The notes: generated from the letters alone by a model not told the origin. A stretch of 63,860 nucleotides of DNA, filler included, from Squatina squatina (GCA_031763465.1; 4 parts of 4 records of this genome joined end to end with filler, not necessarily neighbours in it), one strand, 5' to 3'; counted from the whole stretch's first letter, positions 46,944 to 60,425 are shown. Made by a program: numbers and translations.

Positions 46944-48114
46944 NNNNNNNNNNNNNNNNNNNNNNNNNNNNNNNNNNNNNNNNNNNNNNNNNNNNNNNNN
47001 NNNNNNNNNNNNNNNNNNNNNNNNNNNNNNNNNNNNNNNNNNNCCACACTCGCGCCATGATGGTGAGGGCATCAGCTCACGTGAGTACCAGAAGCGGAAG
47101 GTTAGTTTTGCCCAAGTTTTGAGTTTTTGAAAATCTGGTCACCCTAGGTTTATCTCGCATTATTTCTGGGTCTGTTGTAGACTATTTGATAGAGATTGAT
47201 TGCTATGATTAGTCAACAACTCCATTGTCATTGCTTCATGTGACTACCAAGATGGTAGAAGGCAAACTAGCTGGACCTTTTTTTTCCCGCTCTAGTAATT
47301 CCTCCNNNNNNNNNNAGTTTGGGAGAGGGGCTTTGCCTCAGGAGATCAGGCTGCCACCTTGGGGGTGCAGCAAGCCCAGCTGGTGACGTTGTCTCCTGGG
47401 GGGTCTCGCAGCTCCAGCTGGGCTCTTAAGGTGGTCCGATGTCATTGTACCCGTTATTCTCCACCCACCGACTCTGGTAGGCCTGGGGAATGCTCCTGTT
47501 GAAGGTATTATGGAGAAGACCAGCAGTGGGCCGGCCTGAACTACGAGCCTCAAAGCGCATAAGAAACCATCACTTTACGTCCGTCAAAAAAAATCACTGG
47601 GGGTGGGGGGGTGGGGAGCCAATTTCCTCGGGGCTTCTCCTGATCCATCACTGTAACTTCAGCGGGAGACCACGCAAACGTTGTTTAACCTTCCACCATG
47701 GTTATGGCAGGGCAGTGGGAGAAAGGTCCCAGGAAATTCGCCCCCTTTCTATTTCTCATCTAAAATGGCGTCCCTGAGNNNNNNNNNNNNNNNNNNNNNN
47801 NNNNNNNNNNNNNNNNNNNNNNNNNNNNNNNNNNNNNNNNNNNNNNNNNNNNNNNNNNNNNNNNNNNNNNNNNNNNNNCCTATATAAACGTGCTGAGTGT
47901 AGGATGTTTGGGAGGAATGTATGATTGCTGAAGCTATCCACCAGTGGGGATTTCCTCGCATTCTCTCTGGGTCTGTTGCAGATTAATTGATAGAGATCGA
48001 TTGAGATGATTAGTTAACAACTCCATTATCGTTATATCATATGACTGCCAGGATCTTTTTTTGTCCAGCAATTTCTATGTTAAGGGTAAGCACATTTGTC
48101 CAGGAACAACTCAC

Positions 48115-48273
48115 CCTAAAGATCTTCTCACGCACTTCATCCGAGTACTTCTTCTGTAGGATCAATGAGTAGAACACCTCCACATTGCCAGAGTCAAACA
48201 GCAAGGTATAGAGCTGGTCTCGAGAAGGACCTCCCTTCAACAGACTGAGTAACACATCCAGAATACCACAAAG
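48115..48273 (-). CDS. NBEAL2: NBEAL-family exon (53 codons)
   Basis: LCGILDVLLSLLKGGPSRDQLYTLLFDSGNVEVFYSLILQKKYSDEVREKIFR; TTTTTCTCAG acceptor, AGG|GTGAGT donor; resembles NBEAL1/2 and is collinear with the other NBEAL2 exons. Confidence 0.85.
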
Positions 48274-48307
48274 CTGAGAAAAACAGAGAACTTTTATTCT
48301 GTGATGT

Positions 48308-48378
48308 TCAGGACATCGGAAGCAAAAAAAAAGGACTATTCAGGACATAGGAAGCAAAAAAAAGGACTATCCTGGACG
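48308..48378. repeat. Short tandem duplication (~31-bp unit, 2+ copies)
   Basis: TTCAGGACAT(C/A)GGAAGCAAAAAAAAAGGACTA twice. Confidence 0.85.
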
Positions 48379-48457
48379 AAGCAATGGTGGCGTCTGACCG
48401 GTGTCGTCAATCGAGGGCCTAAAACATTTTAATGGTCGGAGCTCATTTAAATTTTAC

Positions 48458-48557
48458 NNNNNNNNNNNNNNNNNNNNNNNNNNNNNNNNNNNNNNNNNNN
48501 NTTAATTAATTAANNNNNNNNNNNNNNNNNNNNNNNNNNNNNNNNNNNNNNNNNNNN
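48458..48557. other. Artificial scaffold spacer N44-TTAATTAATTAA-N44
   Basis: Same linker as 14213-14312. Confidence 0.97.
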
Positions 48558-49516
48558 CATAACTAGGGCAGAAATGCTGCTCGCCCAAACTCTTTTTCCG
48601 AGCGTCTTTAGTTTCTCCCCAAAGGCAAGGAACAAATTCAACCTCTTCCTTCCACACAAAGTGTAATCAAAAAAGCTGGGCGCAGTGAGCAAAAAATATT
48701 AAAACATTTCAGTTAATGAAATCTAAACCACACAACATGTCCTCTGGGTCGGAGGAGTATTCTTACAGGCACTATGGGTTCTTTAATAATGATTGATGTG
48801 TCAGTTTATCAGAAAACGTTATACTAAGCTCTTTAATGCGTTTTAAATGTTAGGGTCAATACAATAATTAGAGGAGGACAGTCCTGGTTTTAGTTTGACA
48901 TTTTGAGACATTTCTCCTGTTAAGTCTCTTCAAGCCAAGTGTGGCTCTCCCCGTCCCCGCTCAACTATTCAGACACAATGGTCGCTTTTCAGTTTTCGTT
49001 TATTGTTTCCCTGTATTGTTTCACCCATTTTCCAATTTTCATTCTGATTTCTTTTCCTCATGTTGTGCCTCTGTCATTGTTCCCTTCCAAATAACTTAAG
49101 ACCCCGCCACCACTAAAATTCAATAAAGAAACGGCAGCGAGAACTCTTGGAGATAAAAAGAGTGCGGTTTCTGAGAGCTCCTCTCTTTCATCTAAAAGAA
49201 AACCACGACTTGAAGCAAATATGACTGACTCATCCAGAGAGCAGGGAGCGCCTGGATTGATCCAAGACACGAGGGAATCAGGATGGCCACTGTGCACCTT
49301 TCCAACCCCTTCACAATCCAAGTCACCTTGGCTTACAGCTGACAGTCAAACAGATCCTTTCTCAATATATGTTTACACCATGCACCGAGCCACGAGTTTC
49401 GTGCTTGATATATAACATTTGCAAAAGGAAATATGAAAGCGTGTATAAATGTATATAGCTTGTTTTCCAAACCTCCACAGGGACAGAGCTAAGGAATGAA
49501 GCTTATTTAAAACATC

Positions 49517-49856
49517 GTTATGCAGAGGAAATGATGAAAAATCTATGTGGCCAGTGAAACGTAACAAGTATTAATGGTATGTTAGTGTGAAGGGGACACG
49601 CTTGTTTTCACGATGCGCACCGTTTTAATTCAGCAGTGTTTGTGCTGAGGTTTTGCTCTGTTTTCACGTGAGGTACCATCACGTGGAGAACAGCATTCCC
49701 ACTCTGAATGACTGATGTTCTATTCGTTCAGACTCTTGTGGGCACTTTATTCTGACATTTATTAAACATCGGTACTTTAAAAAAATGGATACAATATTCG
49801 TTACATAAACATTATTTTCCACAATCAGGACCCATTCGGTTTTCCTGTAACATAAT
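49517..49856. promoter_or_regulatory. Candidate E-box / D-box cluster
   Basis: CACGTG at 49665 and 49680; TTACATAA at 49801; one-mismatch D-boxes at 49518 and 49848. Confidence 0.4.
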
Positions 49857-51470
49857 AACCTGTTGTTTTAGTTGTAATGCAAAGCAAACCATTCTCTAAT
49901 GTAANNNNNNNNNNNNNNNNNNNNNNNNNNNNNNNNNNNNNNNNNNNNNNNNNNNNNNNNNNNNNNNNNNNNNNNNNNNNNNNNNNNNNNNNNNNNNNNN
50001 NNNNAAATAAAAAGCAATTTGCCTTCCGAGTAAGACAGGCTGACAACAAGTTGGATGGAATTGAATTTTCGTGCAACGACACAAAAATGGCTTCATACAT
50101 ATGGCTACCAACAGTGTGAAGGGAAAAGGTCTGACAAGTTAACCTCACTTTGACATAACCGGATCATAAAACAGATCATTTGTCATCCCACACAGCCTTT
50201 AAAAAGTTTCATACCCATCCAAAGAATAAGAGAAGCACCACATTAAATTGTTTCTGGACATATGTGCCAAATAAATCAAGGAAAGAAATGTAGCATTGGC
50301 TCCTTCTTAAATTTTGATAGTTGGCCTGACATTCTAAGTACATATTGCGCAGTAAACCCTTAACTACAAGCTGACTACACTAAATAGGTAAGTGTCTGTA
50401 TTCCAGACTGAATAATTTATAGTCTCTTTCCCTCCCTTTCCTTCCCTAAGAATATTATTTTTCAATTCCACCTCAGATGTGGATTGGGATTGTCCAGCAC
50501 TTCCCATTCGACCTCTCAACATTCATATTGCATGGTACCTCTCTCAGTCAGTCAGAGATTAGGGGTGCAGTGTGTAGATTTCACAAAACCAGTTCAGAAT
50601 CCAATAACAGGTGTTCTTGAAGTGTGGCAATTTGGGTCTTGTTTGTGTTTGCTAATGATTATTGACACGTTCATGCCAGGGTAAAAGGGGCTGAAATATG
50701 ATTGAGGGGATGCCTCTTTATTTGCAATGTGAAAGGAGGACAGGCTGTGGTGTCAAAGGTAGACACAGTTAGACAGGAAAAGATCTCTGAGATGATCTGT
50801 CCTCTGATGCTCCTTGCAGAATTCCGCTAGGACACATCATCCTGATAGTCTGCTCCATATAGTCTGGGTCCACTGGAGCTTCCCCATCAACCATGTCAAA
50901 GGACAACCCTTCCTGAATGAAGCTGTGAAGGGCTATTCTGGACACCTGAGGGTGAAAATCGGCAGTTTTAAAAACCTGTTTGATGCCTACTTAAGGCATT
51001 ATTGAGGTGCGAAGTCATCTTTAGGCATTAAAACGCTGTTTAGCGCCTCCCGCAAAATTAGCCCCCAAACGCGCCTCCGTGGCCAGGCAAGGTTGTTTCT
51101 TTGCAGGCGTTAGGCTCCGGTGATGTCATCAGTGCGTGCAATGCCTCATTGGCGCCTCGTTATGAAATTCCCCAGATTAGCGCCCTATATGTGCTGACAA
51201 AAACAACGCCTTGAAAAGTTGGCACGACACATGATTCACGGGCCAGTCCACCATCTTGCTTGATGGCATAAATAGCAGAATGAGTGCCAGCACTACCAGT
51301 GGGGGCAGGGGTACTTGTTACGTTCTCCTGCTACTTCAGGATTATTGAAAACTCACTTACTGAGTATCAGTAGTCAGAATAGTTAACCCCTTCAAGTGCA
51401 AGGCACTATTCAAACCATTTGGCCCATCAGTATGGGTGCCATGCTAACCGTGGACCATTTTCTTCAGCTG

Positions 51471-51535
51471 CATAGAAACATAGAAACATAGAAAATAGGT
51501 GCAGGAGTAGGCCATTAGGCCCTTCGAGCCTGCAC
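51471..51535 (-). mobile_element. CR1 3' terminus with octamer tail
   Basis: (CATAGAAA)3 then ATAGGTGCAGGAGTAGGCCATTAGGCCCTTCGAGCCTGCAC. Confidence 0.85.
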
Positions 51536-53154
51536 NNNNNNNNNNNNNNNNNNNNNNNNNNNNNNNNNNNNNNNNNNNNNNNNNNNNNNNNNNNNNNNNN
51601 NNNNNNNNNNNNNNNNNNNNNNNNNNNNNNNNNNNCTGGATACAGGTTCTTTAATGATTTCTGCATGTAAAACAAGTAGCTGTGAGAGAAAAACATTTGA
51701 GACCATGAGAATTTTAGGCTGATGACTACTGAAATAAAGTATGTACTGGAATGCCAGTGGTTTGTGATTTTACCTCAGAGAAAAGTGTTAATAGTAATAA
51801 TTCCCTCAGCAATAATAAATGATACATTACATGCCTGATAATCGCTTTTTACAATCAGCTGACGTAAAATATTTTTCTTTACCTCTGGTCATTGATTAAA
51901 TTGGATCCCATTGAAGAGCTAGTCAAGGGCAATGTGCATGCGTGAGATTAATGGGACATGTATTCCTGCTCCCACCTTTGGCAGCTCACCGTGGGTGTGG
52001 CTGTTAGCAGATGCAGCTGCAACAGCAACTCAAATCCCCAAAGCACAGGAACGCCTACACTACTCACAAAGCAATTTTTTCCCCCAGAATAAACTGCAGA
52101 TGCTGAAGCTATTTCAAATCATAATTCACATCCGCAACATAGCACAGAGCTGATCTTAGCATTTATCATCCATGTGGTGCGTTTTCAGTATTGACAGTGA
52201 TAGTCCCATGAGGTGTGCCAGAAAATGTGCTGTAAGTCAAATTGCACTAATATTTATTAAGAATGGCACAACACTTGGAAAAAAAAAAGATATGCACTGA
52301 AATCAGAAGACAGGCTCTGTCATCCACGTGCTGCTAACTTGGATCGATTGAAAATGAATTGCAATGAGTTCCAAAGTGACCTTCTAGATTTCCTTGACTT
52401 TCTGTGCAAAAGTTTAGTAAATATAGTTCTCAATCATGTAAAAATAGAGAAGAAAAGAAAGTACAGAATGAGAAGGGGGGTCAATGGAAAAGAAAATTGG
52501 GTGGGGTGTGAAATGAACGGCCAAACAACTGCCGCCCATTTCCCACTCAGTGGGAACACTTACAATTGACCTCTATCGATTTTTGCAGTGCTATAGAGGT
52601 GGATTGGCAAGTAAAGTAGGTTGAAGGACCATTCCACTGAAATTCCACCCCAAAGTATGGCCATTATTTTTCTCCCATGACCCTGTTATTACCTTCAGTT
52701 AATTGCTGTAAATGTGCCCCACTGAATGCAGATAGAGGGGGAGGCATGGCCTATGCCTTCCTGGTGATTTCTCTGCATTTCTGCCCAATTATGACCCTAC
52801 AAATTTACCACCCTTCTATAGAGGTGGCAGTGCTGGGCCAGTATGGTATCCCAGAGGCGGAGAAAAATATTTATGGTAGAAAGTCACACAGATTCTGGAA
52901 CATTGTTTTGCTGGAAGCTACTTCGAATACTTAATAGTTGCAGTATCTGAATATTTAAAGGTATTTTGTAGAGAATTTAAATGGAGCTGTTAATTAATAG
53001 ATTTCCTTCTCAGGATTCCATTGCTTCCATGCTTTGAGAAGGATGATGAAGAAAAGGCGGGTGAAGGATGGAAACAAGTCAGTGTGGCATCATGCACGTA
53101 GGCAACACCCAACTCATCAGTATCTAATCACATATACAGACCACAGAGATCCTA

Positions 53155-53440
53155 AAACAACTTGCAGTTATATAGAACCTTTAACGTAGTAAAATGTCCC
53201 AAGGTGCTTCACTGGAGCGTTTTCGGACAAAATTTGACACTGAGCCACATAAAGAGATGTAGTATAGGTGACCAAAAGCTTGGCCTAAGAGGTTGGTTTT
53301 AAGCAGCACCTTAAAGGAGGAGAGAGAGGTAGAGAGGCAGAGGGGTTTGGGGAGGGAATTCCAGAGCTTAGGGCCAAGGCAGCTGAAGGGTGCCACTGGT
53401 GGTGTGATGGTAATCAGGGATGCACAGGAGGCCAGATTTG
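53155..53440 (-). mobile_element. L2-type LINE 3' end
   Basis: FSCLGPKLWNSLPKPLCLSTSLSSFKVLLKTNL; same family as 45810-46050. Confidence 0.8.
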
Positions 53441-53719
53441 GATCCTACCTGAATTTTTTTCTATAGGCAATGCCTGAGAAGGCTGTGTTCCATCCCCTCC
53501 CCCTCCCTCCCACCACCCCCACCCCCCCAACCTCATCTCCCCAGATAATGTGCTGAAGATATGCCAGCTGTTGGAACCGGCCTGCAGCCTAATTCCATCA
53601 GGATTGCNNNNNNNNNNNNNNNNNNNNNNNNNNNNNNNNNNNNNNNNNNNNNNNNNNNNNNNNNNNNNNNNNNNNNNNNNNNNNNNNNNNNNNNNNNNNN
53701 NNNNNNNTCTATGAAACCC

Positions 53720-53757
53720 AGTTCTGATGAAAGGTCACAGACCGGAAACATTAACTC
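53720..53757 (+). ncRNA. Minimal type-I hammerhead ribozyme-like motif in Penelope pseudo-LTR (element extends to ~53853)
   Basis: AGTT-CTGATGA-AA-GGTC-ACA-GACC-G-GAAACATT-AACT: core boxes, stem II and short stem I present; this copy carries substitutions. Confidence 0.6.
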
Positions 53758-55034
53758 TGTTTCTCTCTCCTCAGATGCTGCCTGACCTGCTGAGTGTTTT
53801 CAGAATTTTCTGTTTTTATTTCAGACTTCCAGCATCTGTACTATTTTACTTTTGAGGAATAACTGATGCTACATTGATATTTCACAACTGCTTGTGACTG
53901 TGGCCACCTATGGTGACACATGTTTACATTGTTATCATTAACTGCATGCTGTTCGAGCCATGGGTTGATATCAGCTCCTCTGGTGGTGTATGCCACCTCT
54001 GATGGCACTGACACTGCCTCAGTTGCACTGTCACTAACCTTGAGACAATTGTCAATGGTGAAGTCAATGAGATAGCAAGAGAAATTGTTTTATATGTTCC
54101 AGCAAGCTGATATTTATTTTGTAGCGTGGATTGTGTGCTGTGCATTATACATACAGTTGCAGCCTTGTGATGGCAACCACTATTGTTGTACTGGATTACA
54201 ATTGTTATGCCAAAAACATTTCCATACATATGATAGTTGTCAAACCATATAATGCCTCACCATGGGGTGTTTTTTATTGAAAGACTTGCGAGTAATCTTT
54301 GTTTTGTTTTGAGAGCTGGAAAGTGTTATTGAAATTTAAGCGATACAGAGAAATCAGCATATGAGTTTGATTTGCAGATGCAAAGATTTCTTCCAAGATC
54401 TAAAAACTAGCGAGTATATTAAACTCTTTAAACAATGCCAGCTGTAAGTGTACTTGTCCATTGCTCGAAAATCACTGGTACTTAGGAAAAAATTGAGCTT
54501 ACAAAAACATAACCATTGGCGAACAGTTGAACATGGATCAGGCAGCTTAATGCTCATTTCTATATGTTATTAACCACTCACAACAATGTTAACCACCAGA
54601 GTGCAGGAAAAGAGAAACCTGATTTAGGGTTTTGAAATTTGTTTCTCCAAAATTCATTTTCTTGAATAAAAATGTAATTTATCTGGGGCGAGACAGCAGT
54701 TTCTGTTCATAGGTTCATGTGCTTTTTCTTCCCAATGTTTCTTCTCCGTATCTGAAGACTACCCTCTGGGCAGGAATACCAAGCAACGTAATAGACATTT
54801 GACTACATCGGAATCCCAGATGGAAACTTTATTTTAAAAAATCTAACAGTGTAGTCTGGGGACACAGTTAGGAAACATGTTTATAAAATGAGTGCTCTGA
54901 TAACAACAGTGTGGCAATGCATTGAGGTCAAACANNNNNNNNNNNNNNNNNNNNNNNNNNNNNNNNNNNNNNNNNNNNNNNNNNNNNNNNNNNNNNNNNN
55001 NNNNNNNNNNNNNNNNNNNNNNNNNNNNNNNNNN

Positions 55035-55365
55035 AGTCGGTATGTCCTCTCCTCATTCTTTCTACCAAAGTTCATCACTTCACACTTTTCTGCATTAAAT
55101 TTCATCTGCCACATGTTCGCCCAGTCTATGTCTTTCTGAAGTCTATCACTATCCTCCTCACTGTTTTGTGTCATCTGCAAATCTTGAAATTGCGCCCTGA
55201 AGACCCACATCCAACTCATTAATATATATCAAGAAAAGCAGTGGTTCTAGTACCGACCCCTGGGGAACACCACTGTGTACCTTTCCCCAATCCAAAGAAC
55301 AACCGTTCACCACTTCTCTCTGTTTCCTGTCACTTAACCAATTTTGCACACAGGCTGCCACTGGC
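55035..55365 (-). mobile_element. CR1 LINE reverse-transcriptase fragment
   Basis: SGVPQGSVLEPLLFLIYINELD...ISRFADDTK...WQMKFNAEKCEVMNFG. Confidence 0.92.
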
Positions 55366-57803
55366 TTTGTATTTCATCTTCTTCTCTTGGCTGTTTCTCC
55401 TGTTTGTATTTTTATGGCTACTGTATCATTGCGTATGACCAGAAATTGGAGAGTTCTTGATTATCAATTCATTGATTTTAAACCACCAGGTGGGGAGGGG
55501 TGTATTCCTTTATTGTGGCGGTTAGTAAAGATTCCACTGTAGTTTTCTAAGAGGGTTTAGTTTTGGGTAAGGATTTTAATTAATCAGTATTTTTTATATA
55601 TAAAAGTGACTAGTTTGCAATATTGGACCTTTAACTCGTTCAATCAGGTTGCAAAAGACTGCAAATTAAAAAAAAATTCCAATCAAAAGAATTAACAAAA
55701 ATAATATTTTCCAAGTGGATGCTAATCTTCACCCTGTTGAATAAATAAAAGTTACCGCGGTATGCCTGGTGCTCTGGAGCAATAATAAATCTGCATGTTA
55801 ATGTGTAAAGGATTAAAAGTCTCACATGTGCTGCTGACCTGGGGAAAATTTGGGGGAATTATTATTCTTGGATGAAATTTTATACAATTAAGTGTTACAC
55901 CAACTTCAGGAATTCTATATAATGGGAGTGAACTGGAAGTGATTTAGTACAATGGAATTATATGCTCGGATCAGATTAACGCTTGGATCAGGTATGCATT
56001 TCGCTGGAGCCAACTGCAGTTATTTTTTGAAGCAAAGTAAAAAAAAAAATCTGGAAGTACTACTGCAGCATTTACAATTGTTTGCCCAAAGCATGATTCT
56101 TGGTGCTGATAAGTGCAGCTATCTCTCATTTTATTTCAAATTCATTCCAGCTTACCAAACGAAATGCATCAATGTGTTGTAATCTTTGCAAAAAAAAGGA
56201 TAGTCATTTACAATTCAACTTTTAAATCAGTTGAAGATGACTCAAATAAACAATACCCGAGCACGCTTTGGCTCATTGATTCAAGAGCCAATAGTGAAAC
56301 AATTTTTTTTTAATGCATGGATAACACAATGTATAATTCAATTTAGAATAGTTGCACCTTCCACCAGTTTATTCGACTTTCATTTCAGAACCAAGGGTAG
56401 AAGCGGTGTCAAGAGTTTTCTGTTGGGAGTGTAAGAAATACAAATGGGCCTCTTCACAGCATGACACCAGGTCACTGTCTGAGTGCCCAGTGACAGGGAA
56501 AGCTGATGAGAGTTGTGATCAAGTCCCAATTTTCAAGATTTATTCCACTCCTGTAATTGCTGGACTCCAGTTGAGTAAGTCAAAGATAATTAACCTGTTT
56601 CCACCCTGTTACCCCAACATGGACACAAAGTGTGTTTGAAAGGAGTCTGGGTAGGAATCACATTAAAGTTTATTTCTTTGGGGTGGAGCTCGCTGGCTTT
56701 TGCCCTGGCTGACAAGCTTGTGTTATAAATTCTCCCGCAGCCTTAAAGGAACAGGAGAGGCAGGAAGGAGTTCAAAGTTTAAAATGTGATTAATGGAGAA
56801 GCTGCTGTTATTCCTTAAAATACAAGAGGATAAAGTTTCACCAAAGCTAAAGACTGGCACCTTCCAGCAGGCTGATAAACAGCAGGAGCAAATGCAAAGC
56901 AGCAAATCATTCAATCAAACCTCTTGCTATCTCATACGCTGTCACAGAACTGTTTTTTTAATTTGGCATTTAATACATTGCTGAAATACTCAAGATGCTT
57001 TTTGAAATCACTTTATTTGTTTTTTTGGTTGAATTTTGTACTCAGCGATGTGAGAAAAATTAACACTGCAGGAAAGGCAAAAGCTTACAGTCTTTGCACC
57101 CGGTGGCATTATGTTTTCTCTTTATATTTTCCACACCAGCCATCCTGGTGTCCTCTCCCAGCCTAGCTGTCAATTTAATACAAATTAGTACAGAATTCTG
57201 GACAGTTTTGTGCTGTAGATTATTTTGATTAAATGCTGTTAAAACTGCTCAAACCTATGTCACATAGGTTTAATAGCTGTCAGAGACAAGAAATTGTCAT
57301 CCCAAGTGGGTTCAAATTAGATTCCAGAGGTGAACAGATGGTTTACTAGCCCACTCTGCCACCCAATCTCTGATCTTTTAACGCAAGTGGCAAATCCTGT
57401 TGAGTAGGAATAACAATACCTAAATGCTGCAGAAGACCAACTGAACCTTTGAACCAAACAGCTGAAGTAAGGCAGGTTTATTCAAACCTATTTATTCACG
57501 AACATGCTAGGATGAATTTTACAAATTCATGTACATGACGCACAGCTTTGCACATTATCTGCGTATATCAGGAATTCGGGTCTGGACATCAGTTGGCTGT
57601 GTACAATTAATTTGCATTGCATCACACAGACGCAATTGACTAAAACCTGCCTTAAGACTCCTTCAAGTGAAATTATGATTTTGTGCGATACAGTCAATTG
57701 TGGAAATTAAAATCGGGAGAGATGCAAAACGAGCTGCCGATTCACGATCACCCACATTACGCATTGCACAATCTCAAAGTCCAACCCCATGAGAAACAGA
57801 TCG

Positions 57804-57981
57804 GGGAGTCTTTTTGACTTCAGGCGTTAGTATGAAACGGGCGCTATCGATTCAGCCGCCTGTTATACATCTCTCCCGATTTATTAATCCTAATTTGACT
57901 TCAATGGAAATTTAAAGTGGGAGAGACGTATGACAAGCGGCTGAATTAATATCGCCCATTTTACACAATCACCCAAAGCCA
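57804..57981. mobile_element. Palindromic MITE-like element
   Basis: GGGCGCTATCGATTCAGCCGCCTGTTATACATCTCTCCC ... GGGAGAGACGTATGACAAGCGGCTGAATTAATATCGCCC; related half copies near 57690-57790 and 61290-61390. Confidence 0.75.
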
Positions 57982-58703
57982 NNNNNNNNNNAGAGAAATA
58001 AGAGCAAAACAAAAATGAGAAAAACAACAAATATTGTGGGTGGGGGGAGGTGGAGAAGAAGACAGTCCAGGGAGTCCATGAGCTCATCTGAGTTCTAAAT
58101 CTCTGGGCTCGGCACTCTGTATGCTACAGTTCTTTTTTTTAAACTTAACTAGCCTTTTATTTATATTGCTGCATGTTAATGAAAAAGTTTCTACCATGAC
58201 ACCACTGTTTTAATTTGGGTAGCTGATACTGTCTTTTGCACGCTGGAATGGAGANNNNNNNNNNNNNNNNNNNNNNNNNNNNNNNNNNNNNNNNNNNNNN
58301 NNNNNNNNNNNNNNNNNNNNNNNNNNNNNNNNNNNNNNNNNNNNNNNNNNNNNNAAGATCTTTTTGAATATATAAAAACCAAGTGTGAATCATGTGTGCA
58401 GGTTTTTTAAGGTAATGACGGTTCAGAGAAACCTGATTGCAGAATTGCTGATCATACAGATGGCAGCTAAAAACATTGAGATGTCCATCATTACAATTAT
58501 CTAACAGTGGCAACCAGATGTCTATAAGTGGATATTTAAGGAGGATGAAGAGAAAAGATAACGATGGAGGTGGTTAAGAAGACATTTTTCATGAATTTCT
58601 TCACACCAAGGTAAAATCTGGTATTACGTTTCAATCAGACAGATTGGAAAACAGTTTCACAAATGTGCACTTGATGCAAGGAAAAATCCTACANNNNNNN
58701 NNN

Positions 58704-59500
58704 GAGCGTGATCTGGAACATATCAAAGCAGCAGTAAAAACTGGTGAAACTTATTGGTACACTTGGTGAATGTCCCAAGATATATGACGCCCCTGCCATG
58801 AGGTTTTTGTTTGTTCCTTTTGATCAACGAGGGAACTGACTACACCACACTGTAGTGGCAGAACTGGAATGGCCAGAGTTTGCAATTCAGGTTCACTCAC
58901 TGCCTTCCTGAAAAAAGCATTGGCTGTATTTCAAAAGTTCTGGTCGGATGTCGTTTGTAGATGCAGCAGTTGTGCTGTCTACATGGATTATATTGCAAGG
59001 TGATTTGAAAAGCAATTTTCCTGAATTTAATAGGATACATTTGTGAGACCCTTGTCATCCGATTGATGCAGTAATCAAAGCAGGTCTTTCAATTCCAGCT
59101 TTCAAAGCTCTTTAGATTCTGTTATACAGACTGGTGCCCTGTTTAAACATAAGCTAAAACACAAAATTTTGCTTATAAGCAGACAAATTTGAACACAGCG
59201 AAAAATGATTCCAACTGTTACAATGTCATGGTGCTTTCCATTTGCAGAATCAGTGCAAAGTCTAAAGTTACAGTTGATAACTTTGATGAAATTTTTTTGA
59301 GGTGGAGATGCTACTGAAGCAAAACAAAGGCATCTGTGTGAACTAATTGAATTCGACAACAAGAATGCCAGGTTTGGTCATCTTACATTTCTGCTTGAGG
59401 TTATTGGCCAAATAATTTGAAATGACCAGAAAAGTGGACAGTGAGACTACTGATCATAATTGAGAGTTAGCAGTACTTGGAGTTAAAAGAGAGAAAGACA
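58704..59500 (+). mobile_element. Possible very decayed hAT-type transposase fossil
   Basis: VDAAVVLSTWIILQGDLKSNFPEFNRIHL*DPCHPIDAVIK loosely resembles the hAT D...FP..IH..CxxH segment; many stops. Confidence 0.3.
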
Positions 59501-59644
59501 CGGCACCAACTGCCTTTGCAGTTTCATTAATCTATGGGGAAAAAATCCTTATATTTCTTCTGTATTGAGGTACTTTAATTGTAAATCACAGTCCACTATC
59601 CTACATTGAACACTTATTGTGCCAACTAGCCTGTTTCTGTGCTG

Positions 59645-60425
59645 TAAATAAGAAATAAGAAATAGGAACAGGAGTAAGCCATTCGGCCCCTCGAACCTGC
59701 TCCGCCATTCAATACGATCATGGCTGATCCAGCTTTCTTCAAGTCCACTTTCCCGTCCTATCTCCATAACCCTTGATTCCCTTACTGAATAAAAATCTAT
59801 CTATCTCAGCTTTGAATATATTCAAGGATTCAGCCTCCACAGCTTTCTGGGGCAAGGAATTCCAAANNNNNNNNNNNNNNNNNNNNNNNNNNNNNNNNNN
59901 NNNNNNNNNNNNNNNNNNNNNNNNNNNNNNNNNNNNNNNNNNNNNNNNNNNNNNNNNNNNNNNNNNTCTACCATGTTATGATCACTACTTCCGAGGGGAT
60001 CCTTTACTCTGAGATCGTTTATTAAACCTGCCTCATTACTCATTACCAGATCTAGGATAGCCTGTTCCCTGGTCGGCTCCATAACATATTGCTCTCGGAA
60101 ACAATCCCGAACGCACTCTATAAATTCATTCTCGTGGCTACCATTTCCAATTTGATTAACCCAATCTACATGAAGATTAAAGTCACCCAGGATTAATGCA
60201 CTACACTTTTTACATGCCCCCATTATTTTTTGATTTATACTCTTTCCTACAGTGTGGCTATTGTTTGGGGGCCTATACACTACACCTACCAGTGTCTTCT
60301 TTCCCTTGCTACTATTTACCTACCCAAATGGACTCTACATCTTCTGAGCCTAGATTGTCTCTCACAACTGTACTTATTTGATCTCTCATTAGCAGAGCTA
60401 CCCCACCACCTTTTCCTTCCCACCT
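59645..60425 (-). mobile_element. CR1 LINE: endonuclease region and 3' end joined across a gap
   Basis: YRPPN...LILGDFNLHVDW...EPTREQAILDLV...PLGSSDHNM (APE endonuclease); 3' tail at 59645-59866. Confidence 0.92.
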
